This document shows, in pieces, positions 37,535 to 45,776 of a DNA stretch of 61,962 nt. Position 1 is the stretch's first letter. Each line of letters opens with the position of its first letter. The translations under genes and the position numbers were made by a program. The stretch spans positions 1 to 61,962 of the IMG/VR virus record IMGVR_UViG_3300016654_000115; one strand, given 5' to 3'. Under the pieces are notes generated by a model. It was not told where the DNA came from. It was given only the letters and a program-made list of their open reading frames with translations, and ran no database searches. The DNA comes from a virus. Taxonomy: Duplodnaviria > Caudoviricetes.

Positions 37535-38209
37535 TTAAGGGCGACCATCATGGCCGACCCACCCCATCCCAGCGTAGTCGTTGGGGTCTTCGGGTTGCGG
37601 TTGAGTATCCCTCCACGGGGTGATCGTCCACTCCCCAACTGTGAGGAACTTCTCCTCGGTGCGACCGAACGCCCAGTCATTCGCCCACTTCTCAAACGCT
37701 TGCACGATCTCGACCGGGATGTCAGGGTGCGGCACGCCAACTGTGTCGTCAGCGCCGTCGTATTGCCAACCCCACCAATGGTAGTTGTCGCCCGGGGGTG
37801 ACAGGTTCTCTCCCCACCCAATGCTGACGAGGTAAGTCTCCTCCCAGCGCCCCTCTCGCCCGACGCTGAATCCTTCGTATTCCTGATTCTCACCCCTGTC
37901 CAACTCTGCCTTGTCCCATGCGTTGCTGATGCAATCTTGGATGGCATCAATCGTCCACTCGTTGGTGCTGGCGTAACCTCCACCGAGGGTGTCAAAGTCA
38001 TCAGACACAGACACCTCGACCTTGATCTTGGCGCCGTCCTCTGACCAGATGCGTGCGGATGCGATCTCCTTCTTGCTGGAGTACCAACCCGTGTCGAACG
38101 GCTCGTGCGCCTCAAGCGCGGCCTTGAGTTCTGCTTCGCCGTCGTCGTACCAATCAGACAGCCCCCAATGGGCGCCGTCTCCGCGTTGGAATGCTTCAAG
38201 TTTCTTCAT
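37535..38209 (-). CDS. Acidic Trp-rich hypothetical protein with C-terminal MGWVGHDGRP
   Basis: 224-aa ORF, RBS AGGAGA. Confidence 0.65.
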   Translation of the reverse strand: MKKLEAFQRGDGAHWGLSDWYDDGEAELKAALEAHEPFDTGWYSSKKEIASARIWSEDGAKIKVEVSVSDDFDTLGGGYASTNEWTIDAIQDCISNAWDKAELDRGENQEYEGFSVGREGRWEETYLVSIGWGENLSPPGDNYHWWGWQYDGADDTVGVPHPDIPVEIVQAFEKWANDWAFGRTEEKFLTVGEWTITPWRDTQPQPEDPNDYAGMGWVGHDGRP

Positions 38210-38218
38210 TGCTTTCTC

Positions 38219-38443
38219 CTATTTGATAAGTTGACCAAAGGTTCTCAGCGCAGTGTCGAATGCCATTGCGGCACTGCCAACCTGATCTATCGGGCAGGGG
38301 TAGATTTCCCATGAAACCTCAAGCGTGCGCTGCCGCGCGTAATTCACGAAGTTCGCTGCCTTGTCGTGCATGTTGAACGCATAGAACCATGTTGGTTCAC
38401 TCGCGCCAGAGTTAGTGCCGACGCACACAAATACTGTTTGCAT
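38219..38443 (-). CDS. Hypothetical protein
   Basis: RBS GGAG; coupled. Confidence 0.5.
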   Translation of the reverse strand: MQTVFVCVGTNSGASEPTWFYAFNMHDKAANFVNYARQRTLEVSWEIYPCPIDQVGSAAMAFDTALRTFGQLIK

Positions 38444-38445
38444 GT

Positions 38446-38694
38446 TTAAATCTCCGTTGCTTTTGCGATAGCGGCCAGTGCCTCGGCCTCGATGGTTTTT
38501 GCCCAATGACCCTTATCCATCAGGGCAATGTTTGCAATGGTTTGCAGCGCGGCCAGCATGTCAGGCGCGGCAGCGAACAGCAGTGCCTGCTGCCTGCGCA
38601 GGGTCATCGGTCGGTGCGACCCGACGACACGGGCGACCTCGACCTCCCCTTGCGGGGAGTGCTGCCATACCGTTGTGTTTTTCGCGTACATCAT
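38446..38694 (-). CDS. Hypothetical protein (AAAPD.L.AL family)
   Basis: A.L.AAAPDMLAAL...AAIAKAT. Confidence 0.65.
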   Translation of the reverse strand: MMYAKNTTVWQHSPQGEVEVARVVGSHRPMTLRRQQALLFAAAPDMLAALQTIANIALMDKGHWAKTIEAEALAAIAKATEI

Positions 38695-40358
38695 GCTGCC
38701 ACCTTAATCTGCGAGAGTGCGGCACTGGCAAGGTCGGCAGGGTCCACCACCTTGATGGCATTTGTGTACCAGACATCGGCCTGATTCCTCTCGCCGATGC
38801 CGATGGCTATTGTCGTAATGCCCAGCGCAGCACCGGCCTTGCACTGCGCACGAACCGCTGCGCCCTTGCCATCGCCATCCGTCAGAACAAACACAACCTT
38901 GCGCTGCTCCGGGCGCGTATAGATGCGCTCATGGGCAAGGCGCAGCGCCACCGAGTCGTTAGTGTCGCCCTCGTTATCTACGCACCGCACCGCATGCTTG
39001 ATGCGAGCGGCAGGGGTTCCAAACGGGCACAACACCGACGCCACAACACCGAATGTCACCACCTCGACCTGCACCCCTGCTGCGCTCAGTGAGTCGATCA
39101 GCGCATCACATGCCTGCACTGCTGCACCGATGAGTGCAGGCTGCGTAGCGCCATTGATGTTGCGCTCGACAAACATGCTGCTGCTCACGTCCAGCACAAC
39201 CGTCACCGCAGAGTCGATACCCTCAGGCTCATCATGACGTTTAAATACCCGATCACTGCCTGCTGCAACACGCGGCAGCACCGCGCTATTGATTGACCCA
39301 GCGCGTCGGTTGACTTCATACCCGCTGCGGTCGGTGTGCTCAAACATGCGGCGCACCTCACTGCGCAGGCGAGCAGGCGCATGGACAGGCGGCGCAGGCA
39401 CTGTGACTTTGTTTGTCAAATGGTGCCCATCCTTTGCAATCACCTCGTCGCGGGTAAATGAGCCACCCGGGGAGGGTTTGCCATCCATGCGCGGCTCGAC
39501 CTCACGTGCGGGTTGATGCTCGTGCGCCACCGGACGCGCATCGGGCGCGTCAGGCGCGTTTTTCCCGTCGCCTGCACCCTCACCCTCACCCTCGCCCTGA
39601 TCGCCGCCCTCAGGCCCATCTGATGCGTCTGAGTGGGCATCCTGATTGCCTGCGTCATCGCCTGCGTCATCGCCTTCCTGCTGCTGGTCATCGGGTTGCT
39701 GGTTGTCGGGTTGCTGGTTGTCGGGTTGCTGCACCTGCTGCAATTGTTTAAATACCCAATCGGCAATTGCCAGCGTGTCGCTGCTGCTGGTGCAACCAGA
39801 CAGGCGGCGATGCGCCTCGTCAAAGATCGGGCGCAGGCCACGCGCCAGCGGCACCTTGCGGGTTGCGTGATCCCGCAGATAGATCGCCAGCGCGAACGGG
39901 TATTGCGCCGTGTCCGACCAGTCGCTCACCTCCGCTAGTGCCTCGCCCACGATTGAATCCACCAGCGCGGACAGCAGGCCAGCGGCGTTGCCAACCAGAC
40001 CATCGCGGATGCACCGGCCCTCGATCCACGCATCCTCGACTGCGTTGTGCAGTGCCTGCACGTATTGCCCATTACCGCGCACCGAAAAGGTCGTGTACTT
40101 GCGGTGCAGCAGTTCGTGCAAAACAAACCCTGCATACCGTGCCACGGTGGCGCGGCCAATCACCGCATCGTCGGCCACGTTCGCCAGCACCATGTTGCCG
40201 CAGGCATTGATGGCGGCAGTGCTGATGCCTGCCCACTGGATCGTGACACGCGGCAGGCCCAGCGCAGCGCAAAGACGATGCGCGAATGCCTCGATTCCCG
40301 GGCGCAGTTCGATACCGCGAATGTTTGCGCGGCGCAGCAGTGTTTCGATGTTGCTCAT
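38691..40358 (-). CDS. CobT-like protein: HExxH domain, acidic linker, vWA domain
   Basis: LHELLH...NAVED, MIDAS DVSSSM, T, LTDG. Confidence 0.85.
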   Translation of the reverse strand: MSNIETLLRRANIRGIELRPGIEAFAHRLCAALGLPRVTIQWAGISTAAINACGNMVLANVADDAVIGRATVARYAGFVLHELLHRKYTTFSVRGNGQYVQALHNAVEDAWIEGRCIRDGLVGNAAGLLSALVDSIVGEALAEVSDWSDTAQYPFALAIYLRDHATRKVPLARGLRPIFDEAHRRLSGCTSSSDTLAIADWVFKQLQQVQQPDNQQPDNQQPDDQQQEGDDAGDDAGNQDAHSDASDGPEGGDQGEGEGEGAGDGKNAPDAPDARPVAHEHQPAREVEPRMDGKPSPGGSFTRDEVIAKDGHHLTNKVTVPAPPVHAPARLRSEVRRMFEHTDRSGYEVNRRAGSINSAVLPRVAAGSDRVFKRHDEPEGIDSAVTVVLDVSSSMFVERNINGATQPALIGAAVQACDALIDSLSAAGVQVEVVTFGVVASVLCPFGTPAARIKHAVRCVDNEGDTNDSVALRLAHERIYTRPEQRKVVFVLTDGDGKGAAVRAQCKAGAALGITTIAIGIGERNQADVWYTNAIKVVDPADLASAALSQIKVAA

Positions 40359-40360
40359 GT

Positions 40361-41818
40361 TTAAACCCCTTTGATGTTGGATTCGATCAGGCCCGGGTTG
40401 ATATTGGCAGCGTAGACTGCCTCCAGTGCGACCAGACCCTCGGCAGGTTGTTTGCTGGCAATGGTGGTTGCCCACGCATCCGCGACCGTGTGCCATGAGC
40501 AGGCGCGGATGAATGCCATCGCCTGCCGCAGGGAGGGTGCATCAACCAGCGCACCCGTTGCCAGTTGCTGGCGGCAGACATTGATCGCGGCCACAACATG
40601 CAGCGCCAGTGCGCGGGTGCATCCAGTGTGTTTAACCAGTGCATCGGCCTCGACGTCAGCAGGCAGGAAAGCAAAGGGGATCGTCCGGGCAAACCGGTCC
40701 AGCAGCGCGGCATTCATTTGCCGCACCCCAGCGTACCGGCCAGATGCATCGCCGCTGCCCAGCGTATTGTCGGCAGCGAAAACCATCACCCCAGCGGCGC
40801 GGCGATAAACCTTGCCGTGGATCGTCACCGCTGCCCCGGGTTCCAACAAACCATTCAGCATCGCCAGTTCACCGGCATCGCAATTGGAAACCTCGTCCAG
40901 CAGAATCACGGACCCGGGCGCAGTGAACGCGCGGAGAAAAGGACCCTCGACAAATTGAGTCGCGCCATTTACTAGACCGACCGCGCCGATATATTCTTCG
41001 ACCGTCGTGTATTTATGGAAGTTGATGCGGGTAAATGCGCGGCCTGTACGGGCGGCAAATTGCATAATGGTTTGCGTTTTGCCGGTACCCTTTTCACCAC
41101 CGAGCCAGATATTCTCCCCGGTATATTGCGACTGCACTAAATGCCGCACAATATCGGACCGCCAGATAAACGTGTTATCTACCGGTGGCGCATCATTATG
41201 GTTATAAATATCCAGCATAATGTTTGCGGACAATCCGGTAGTAATTCCGAAAACATTATCGGGATGATCCTGCCCAGCAGGCGCAGCAGCAGCAACAGCC
41301 ACAACCGCATCCTGCGCACCGGCATCAATCACTGCCTGTTTAAATGGACCAAATGCCTGCTCGACTGCCTGTGCGATCAGCACAGCAGCGGCACCAGTGT
41401 CAACCCTCGCAGCATCTACCTTGCCTTGCAAAGCAGACAGTGATGCATCTATTTTGTCTAAGGCGGCACCGTGCGCCAAGGATGCAGCATGCGCCTTGTT
41501 TGCGATATGCGCAGCACTGTCCAACGATTGCCGCTGAGTGCTGACAACCCTTGTAAGGTTGTCCACCGTGGTTTGCAGGTCCTTGACGTCCTGCGTCCGA
41601 ACAGCATCAACGACAACCTGATGCGCCGTCGGCGCAGCAGCAGGCGTGGCAGCAGCGCCAGCAATACGCTGCACGGTGGTGGTGCCGTTGTCAACCAGCA
41701 CCGCTAGTCGGCGGCACATGTCCAACTTATCGCCAGACATGACACTGTGCGCCTGCGCTGCGGTTTTGATCCGCGCCAGCGGCAGGCCCATGAGGGTTTT
41801 TTCGATTTGAGTGAGCAT
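40361..41818 (-). CDS. MoxR/CobS-like AAA+ ATPase
   Basis: GEKGTGKT, ILLDE, AADNT.G.G....Y.G....NAALLDRF, SLR. Confidence 0.88.
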   Translation of the reverse strand: MLTQIEKTLMGLPLARIKTAAQAHSVMSGDKLDMCRRLAVLVDNGTTTVQRIAGAAATPAAAPTAHQVVVDAVRTQDVKDLQTTVDNLTRVVSTQRQSLDSAAHIANKAHAASLAHGAALDKIDASLSALQGKVDAARVDTGAAAVLIAQAVEQAFGPFKQAVIDAGAQDAVVAVAAAAPAGQDHPDNVFGITTGLSANIMLDIYNHNDAPPVDNTFIWRSDIVRHLVQSQYTGENIWLGGEKGTGKTQTIMQFAARTGRAFTRINFHKYTTVEEYIGAVGLVNGATQFVEGPFLRAFTAPGSVILLDEVSNCDAGELAMLNGLLEPGAAVTIHGKVYRRAAGVMVFAADNTLGSGDASGRYAGVRQMNAALLDRFARTIPFAFLPADVEADALVKHTGCTRALALHVVAAINVCRQQLATGALVDAPSLRQAMAFIRACSWHTVADAWATTIASKQPAEGLVALEAVYAANINPGLIESNIKGV

Positions 41819-41828
41819 GGTTGTCCCC

Positions 41829-42410
41829 TCAAACAAGGTTGATCGTGTCGCCACAGACACACGTCGGCATGCCTTTGCTGGCCCACAGTGCCGACAGGCG
41901 AATGGTGTACCCGCACGATGGGCACAGCCCTTTGAGCAGTCGGGTGGCCTGCGTCTTGCGGGTGGTGGCCTGCAATGCAGCATGCGGGTAATCGCCCAGC
42001 CCCGAGATAATGGCCGAATACATGCCATCGAAAGCAGGTCCGGCACTGGTCGCCTTGTAGCCCCGGGTTGCGCTGGGCACGAGGCCCATCGCGTCAGCGA
42101 TAGCAGCGAATGCCTTACCGTGATTCATTGCACCGGCGCATGTATGCGCCACCTCATGCACCAGCACTGCCATCACATCCCGGGAATTGTCGAGAGTGGG
42201 CGCGACCAAAATCTCGTTGGTCTTGTCCGCGCTGGCAGTGTCAACCCAGCACTCGCCGAGTGCCTTGGACCTCTTCCAACTCGAAGGAAACCCGCAGGCA
42301 ACCCTGATACGGGCAGAGCAGGGGGCAGGCGCGTAGGCCTGAAAGATTGGGCGCAACTCCTCGACGGCGGCGGTCAGCCACTCCTCGCGTGTTGCATAGA
42401 TGATTGACAT
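41829..42410 (-). CDS. SprT-like zinc metalloprotease
   Basis: TREEWL, LGECW, LVHEVAH, HG..F, C-terminal CPSCGY..R...P.C.CG. Confidence 0.75.
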   Translation of the reverse strand: MSIIYATREEWLTAAVEELRPIFQAYAPAPCSARIRVACGFPSSWKRSKALGECWVDTASADKTNEILVAPTLDNSRDVMAVLVHEVAHTCAGAMNHGKAFAAIADAMGLVPSATRGYKATSAGPAFDGMYSAIISGLGDYPHAALQATTRKTQATRLLKGLCPSCGYTIRLSALWASKGMPTCVCGDTINLV

Positions 42411-42477
42411 TTCAAATTCTCCGGTAGCAGTGCGGGATTGCACTCCAATGCGCCCGGTCGGGCGCATCAGGGTGGAA

Positions 42478-42789
42478 TCAAAATGGAATATCGTCGTGGT
42501 CGCAGGCGAGGTCGCAGGACGCAGGGAGGCGTGGCAGAACCTCTGGCCGCGTCTCGCATCCGTCCCAATCGTTATACAGGGCCTCGGCGGCGTGGCCTGC
42601 CTCCTCGCGGGTTGCGTAATCACTGATATAGGCAGACTCCGTGCCCACGACAGCATCAGTAAACCGGCAATGCGCCGGTCCGGTAACAACAACCACAAAC
42701 CGGCCTGCCGCGATTGCGGCGCGGGTGATTTCATCCATCGGACGGCGCTGCATCAGGCTGAGGTGGTAGGCGTCTTGCAGGTCTTTCAT
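42478..42789 (-). CDS. First early gene; hypothetical protein ending in DDIPF
   Basis: RBS GGAG within a hairpin; SSB-like tail. Confidence 0.6.
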   Translation of the reverse strand: MKDLQDAYHLSLMQRRPMDEITRAAIAAGRFVVVVTGPAHCRFTDAVVGTESAYISDYATREEAGHAAEALYNDWDGCETRPEVLPRLPASCDLACDHDDIPF

Positions 42790-42932
42790 TTGTTCGCTCC
42801 ATTTTCGGGCGGGATTGCCCGGAGCGAATTGTCAAGGTAAACGCAAGCGCTGCGCGCCCCGTTCGCACTATTAAAGTGTAATAGTTTGTATCGCCCGGAT
42901 GCATGCTGCGGAGCAGCAACGGACAAAAAGCA

Positions 42933-42948
42933 CTGTACAAACATACAT
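42933..42948. promoter_or_regulatory. Near-consensus SOS box CTGTACAAACATACAT
   Basis: 1 mismatch to CTGT-N8-ACAG. Confidence 0.45.
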
Positions 42949-43040
42949 GCCTCTAAAACGCACCAGAAACGCCGTAGAGCGATTTTCTGCCGTCAGGCTA
43001 CCTACCCCTTGACCGGGGTCAGATCGTGCCACCTGCGCGT

Positions 43041-43112
43041 TTTTTCACATTGTGGAAAAAACTATCCACAAAAATCGGTGGATAACTTTATTTGTCCACA
43101 GGCTGTGGATAA
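43041..43112. promoter_or_regulatory. Cluster of six DnaA boxes in three inverted pairs (oriC-like)
   Basis: TTTTTCACA, TGTGGAAAA, CTATCCACA, GGTGGATAA, TTGTCCACA, TGTGGATAA. Confidence 0.75.
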
Positions 43113-43113
43113 C

Positions 43114-43141
43114 TTGACAAACATCTGTTTTTACGTACAGT
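43114..43141 (+). promoter_or_regulatory. sigma70 promoter TTGACA-N16-TACAGT upstream of terS
   Basis: Perfect -35 and a TAnnnT -10. Confidence 0.6.
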
Positions 43142-43158
43142 GCTGTTAATTGATACAG
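43125..43158. promoter_or_regulatory. Two tandem LexA/SOS boxes
   Basis: CTGT-TTTTACGT-ACAG (43125-40) and CTGT-TAATTGAT-ACAG (43143-58). Confidence 0.75.
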
Positions 43159-43204
43159 CGGCGCATCCAGCGCCGCGTGAAGTGACATCTAAATCAGCAA
43201 GACC

Positions 43205-43915
43205 ATGGTGCAGCGCACAACTCACAAAGACCTCATCAGCAGCATCGAGGATGCGGACCATGCCGAGATCGAGGAGGCAACAGCAGACCTCACCGATGCC
43301 GAGAGGATGGCCCTGCGAGCGGAGCCGCCGCCTTTAAATGCGAACAGGTTGGGCCCGGATGGTTTGCCCGGCGCCAGACGGCAGCGGCCTCTGACTGCAC
43401 AACAAATGGCATTCGCAAGGGGAGTCATAGAGGGGAAATCACTCAGGCAGGCATATAGAGACGCATACCCAAACGACACCAGCGCAGACAACACAATCAG
43501 CGCAGCAGCAAACAGACTGATCAAAGACACAAGGGTCAGCCAAGTAGTACAGACGGCGTGGGAAGAGACACAAGAGCATTTGACTGAGGATCGAGCAGCA
43601 GCACAAAGGTACGTCATGAGGCAACTGATAACGCTCAGCAAAGCAGGACGCCAAGAGGGTTCACGTTTAAAGGCACTGGAACTTCTCGGCAGAGCGGCAG
43701 GCATGTTCCGGGAGTCACCAGAGCAGGCCACTCAGTCCATCACCGCAGAGTCCCTCAAGAGGCAACTTAGCGCCCACCTGCGCCTGCTGGACAACGCTAG
43801 GACCTTCCGAGCATCACGGGCGACTGTCGTGGAGCAGGTAGCCCGGGAGAGGTTAAACGGCGATGCGGGGAGGGAGCGGACCCACCCTGCCCCCACCCCC
43901 CAAGATAGCGATTGA
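43205..43915 (+). CDS. terS: Terminase small subunit
   Basis: LT.QQ..FA.......QAY..AY...A..L and RLKALELLG.; upstream of TerL. Confidence 0.75.
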   Translation: MVQRTTHKDLISSIEDADHAEIEEATADLTDAERMALRAEPPPLNANRLGPDGLPGARRQRPLTAQQMAFARGVIEGKSLRQAYRDAYPNDTSADNTISAAANRLIKDTRVSQVVQTAWEETQEHLTEDRAAAQRYVMRQLITLSKAGRQEGSRLKALELLGRAAGMFRESPEQATQSITAESLKRQLSAHLRLLDNARTFRASRATVVEQVARERLNGDAGRERTHPAPTPQDSD

Positions 43916-43980
43916 CCACCCCCCTGCGCACTACGCTGTAATCCACTCATTCAAATATCCCCTAAATCAGAACACCCCCC

Positions 43981-43996
43981 CGTTCCACGTGAAACA
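43981..43996. promoter_or_regulatory. parS-like site CGTTCCACGTGAAACA
   Basis: 15/16 match to TGTTNCACGTGAAACA; intergenic. Confidence 0.65.
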
Positions 43997-44028
43997 CAAA
44001 CACCCCCGGGGTATATATATTTTTAAAA

Positions 44029-44280
44029 ATGAGCAGGCCTATAACAAAAATGACCAGCAGGAGAAAGCTGGTACTTGATTTTGTTGTTGCTTACACAAAG
44101 ATACATAAATGCGCCCCAACCATGGATGTTATTGCAAAAGCAATTGGATTGAAGAGCAGATCGAATATTCACAGGATAGTGAAGAGGCTGGAGGCGGATG
44201 GGTTTATTGAGACAAGGCCAAAGAAATACAGGTCTATTAGGGTTGTTGACAAGTCAATAAAGATTATTTCTTCGTTATGA
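44029..44280 (+). CDS. LexA-type DNA-binding (wHTH) domain only
   Basis: T.R...VLDF......PT...IA..IGLKS.S.IH..V..L...G.I......RSI; no S24 peptidase domain. Confidence 0.8.
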   Translation: MSRPITKMTSRRKLVLDFVVAYTKIHKCAPTMDVIAKAIGLKSRSNIHRIVKRLEADGFIETRPKKYRSIRVVDKSIKIISSL

Positions 44281-45776
44281 GTTTATTGACCAAAAAAGAA
44301 ATTTCTCATTTGCTGTCAATTGTTGATTCTGTTCCAAATTTGGAGAGGCAGAAGATTCATCAATTGTTGGAGATGGACAGGGTTGAGAAATGCAGGGAAT
44401 CATTTCTGTTTTTTGTTCAGCAGATGTGGCCCGGGTTTATTGGGGGTAAACACCATGCAATTATGGCTGAGGCATTTGAGAGAGTTATCAATGGAGAGTT
44501 GAAGAGGCTGATTATCAATATGCCTCCAAGGCATACAAAATCAGAGTTTGCATCCTATTTGTTGCCATCATGGTTTTTGGGTAAGTTTCCAGACAAAAAG
44601 ATTATCCAAACAGCCCACACAGCAGAGTTGGCGGTGGGTTTTGGACGGAAGGTTAGGAATTTGGTGTCTTCGGAGGATTACCAGAAGGTTTTTGAGACAA
44701 AGCTGTCAAGTGATTCAAAGGCGGCGGGGAGATGGAACACCGACAAGGGTGGTGATTACTTCGCCATCGGTGTTGGTGGCGCTGTAACGGGTAAGGGTGC
44801 CGATCTTTTGATCATTGATGATCCCCATTCTGAGCAGGAGGCCCGTCAGAACAACCCGGCAGTGTATGACGGAGTGTATGAGTGGTACACATCAGGCCCA
44901 AGGCAGCGTCTTCAGCCCGGCGGGGCCATCATTATTGTGATGACGAGATGGGCTAAGAGGGATTTAACGGGCCAAATTCTCAAAAATAGCCAAAAAGACG
45001 GAACAAATGAGTGGGAAGTCATTGATTTCCCGGCAATTTTGCCGTCCGGCACCCCTCTGTGGCCTGCCTTTTGGAAAAGGGAGGAGCTTGAGGCCTTAAA
45101 AGCAGAGCTTCCGGTGTCTAAATGGGAGGCCCAATACCAACAGAACCCAACCTCTGAGGAGGGGGCGATCATCAAGAGGGATCAATGGATGGTTTGGGAG
45201 CATGAGGACCCCCCATCCTGCGAATACATCATCCAATCATGGGACACAGCCTTTGAAAAAAGCAACAGAAGCGATTATTCGGCCTGTACCACATGGGGAG
45301 TTTTTTATCGGCCCGACAGCAAGGGGAATTCCAAGCCAAACATCATCCTCTTGGATGCGTTTAAAGAGAGAATGGAGTTCCCAGAGCTAAAAAAGAAGGC
45401 ATTGGAACTGTGGCAAGAATGGAACCCAGACACCCTGATTGTAGAAAAGAAGGCGGCGGGAGCCCCATTGATCTATGAGATGAGAAGGATGGGAATCCCC
45501 CTTTCGGAATATACACCGGGCAAGGGAAGCGATAAGATAGCGCGTGTAAACGCAATTTCTGATTTGTTTGCCTCTGGTGTTGTTTGGTGCCCAGAAACAA
45601 GATGGGCAGATGAGGTGATGGAGGAGATGGCCTCCTTTCCCAGTGGCGACCATGATGATCTTGTGGACTCGGCAAGTCAGGCCCTGATTCGTTTTCGGCA
45701 GGGCGGCTTCATCAGCATTGATTCAGATGAGCCGGAGGAGCCCAATTTTTACCGAAGAAAGATGGAGTATTACTAA
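44277..45776 (+). CDS. terL: Terminase large subunit
   Basis: MPPRHTKS, IIDDP, MTRW, QSWDTA, IVE, HDDLVD. Confidence 0.95.
   Translation: MSLLTKKEISHLLSIVDSVPNLERQKIHQLLEMDRVEKCRESFLFFVQQMWPGFIGGKHHAIMAEAFERVINGELKRLIINMPPRHTKSEFASYLLPSWFLGKFPDKKIIQTAHTAELAVGFGRKVRNLVSSEDYQKVFETKLSSDSKAAGRWNTDKGGDYFAIGVGGAVTGKGADLLIIDDPHSEQEARQNNPAVYDGVYEWYTSGPRQRLQPGGAIIIVMTRWAKRDLTGQILKNSQKDGTNEWEVIDFPAILPSGTPLWPAFWKREELEALKAELPVSKWEAQYQQNPTSEEGAIIKRDQWMVWEHEDPPSCEYIIQSWDTAFEKSNRSDYSACTTWGVFYRPDSKGNSKPNIILLDAFKERMEFPELKKKALELWQEWNPDTLIVEKKAAGAPLIYEMRRMGIPLSEYTPGKGSDKIARVNAISDLFASGVVWCPETRWADEVMEEMASFPSGDHDDLVDSASQALIRFRQGGFISIDSDEPEEPNFYRRKMEYY

Noticed and set aside
38691-41818. CobS/CobT as cobalamin auxiliary metabolic genes
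   Set aside because: No CobN or other B12 genes; a generic MoxR-vWA pair explains the motifs
42813-42835. Minus-strand TTGACA as the early promoter
   Set aside because: No acceptable -10 at 16-18 bp
38478-42840. Many plus-strand ORFs over the early arm
   Set aside because: GC-rich shadow ORFs opposite well-supported minus-strand genes
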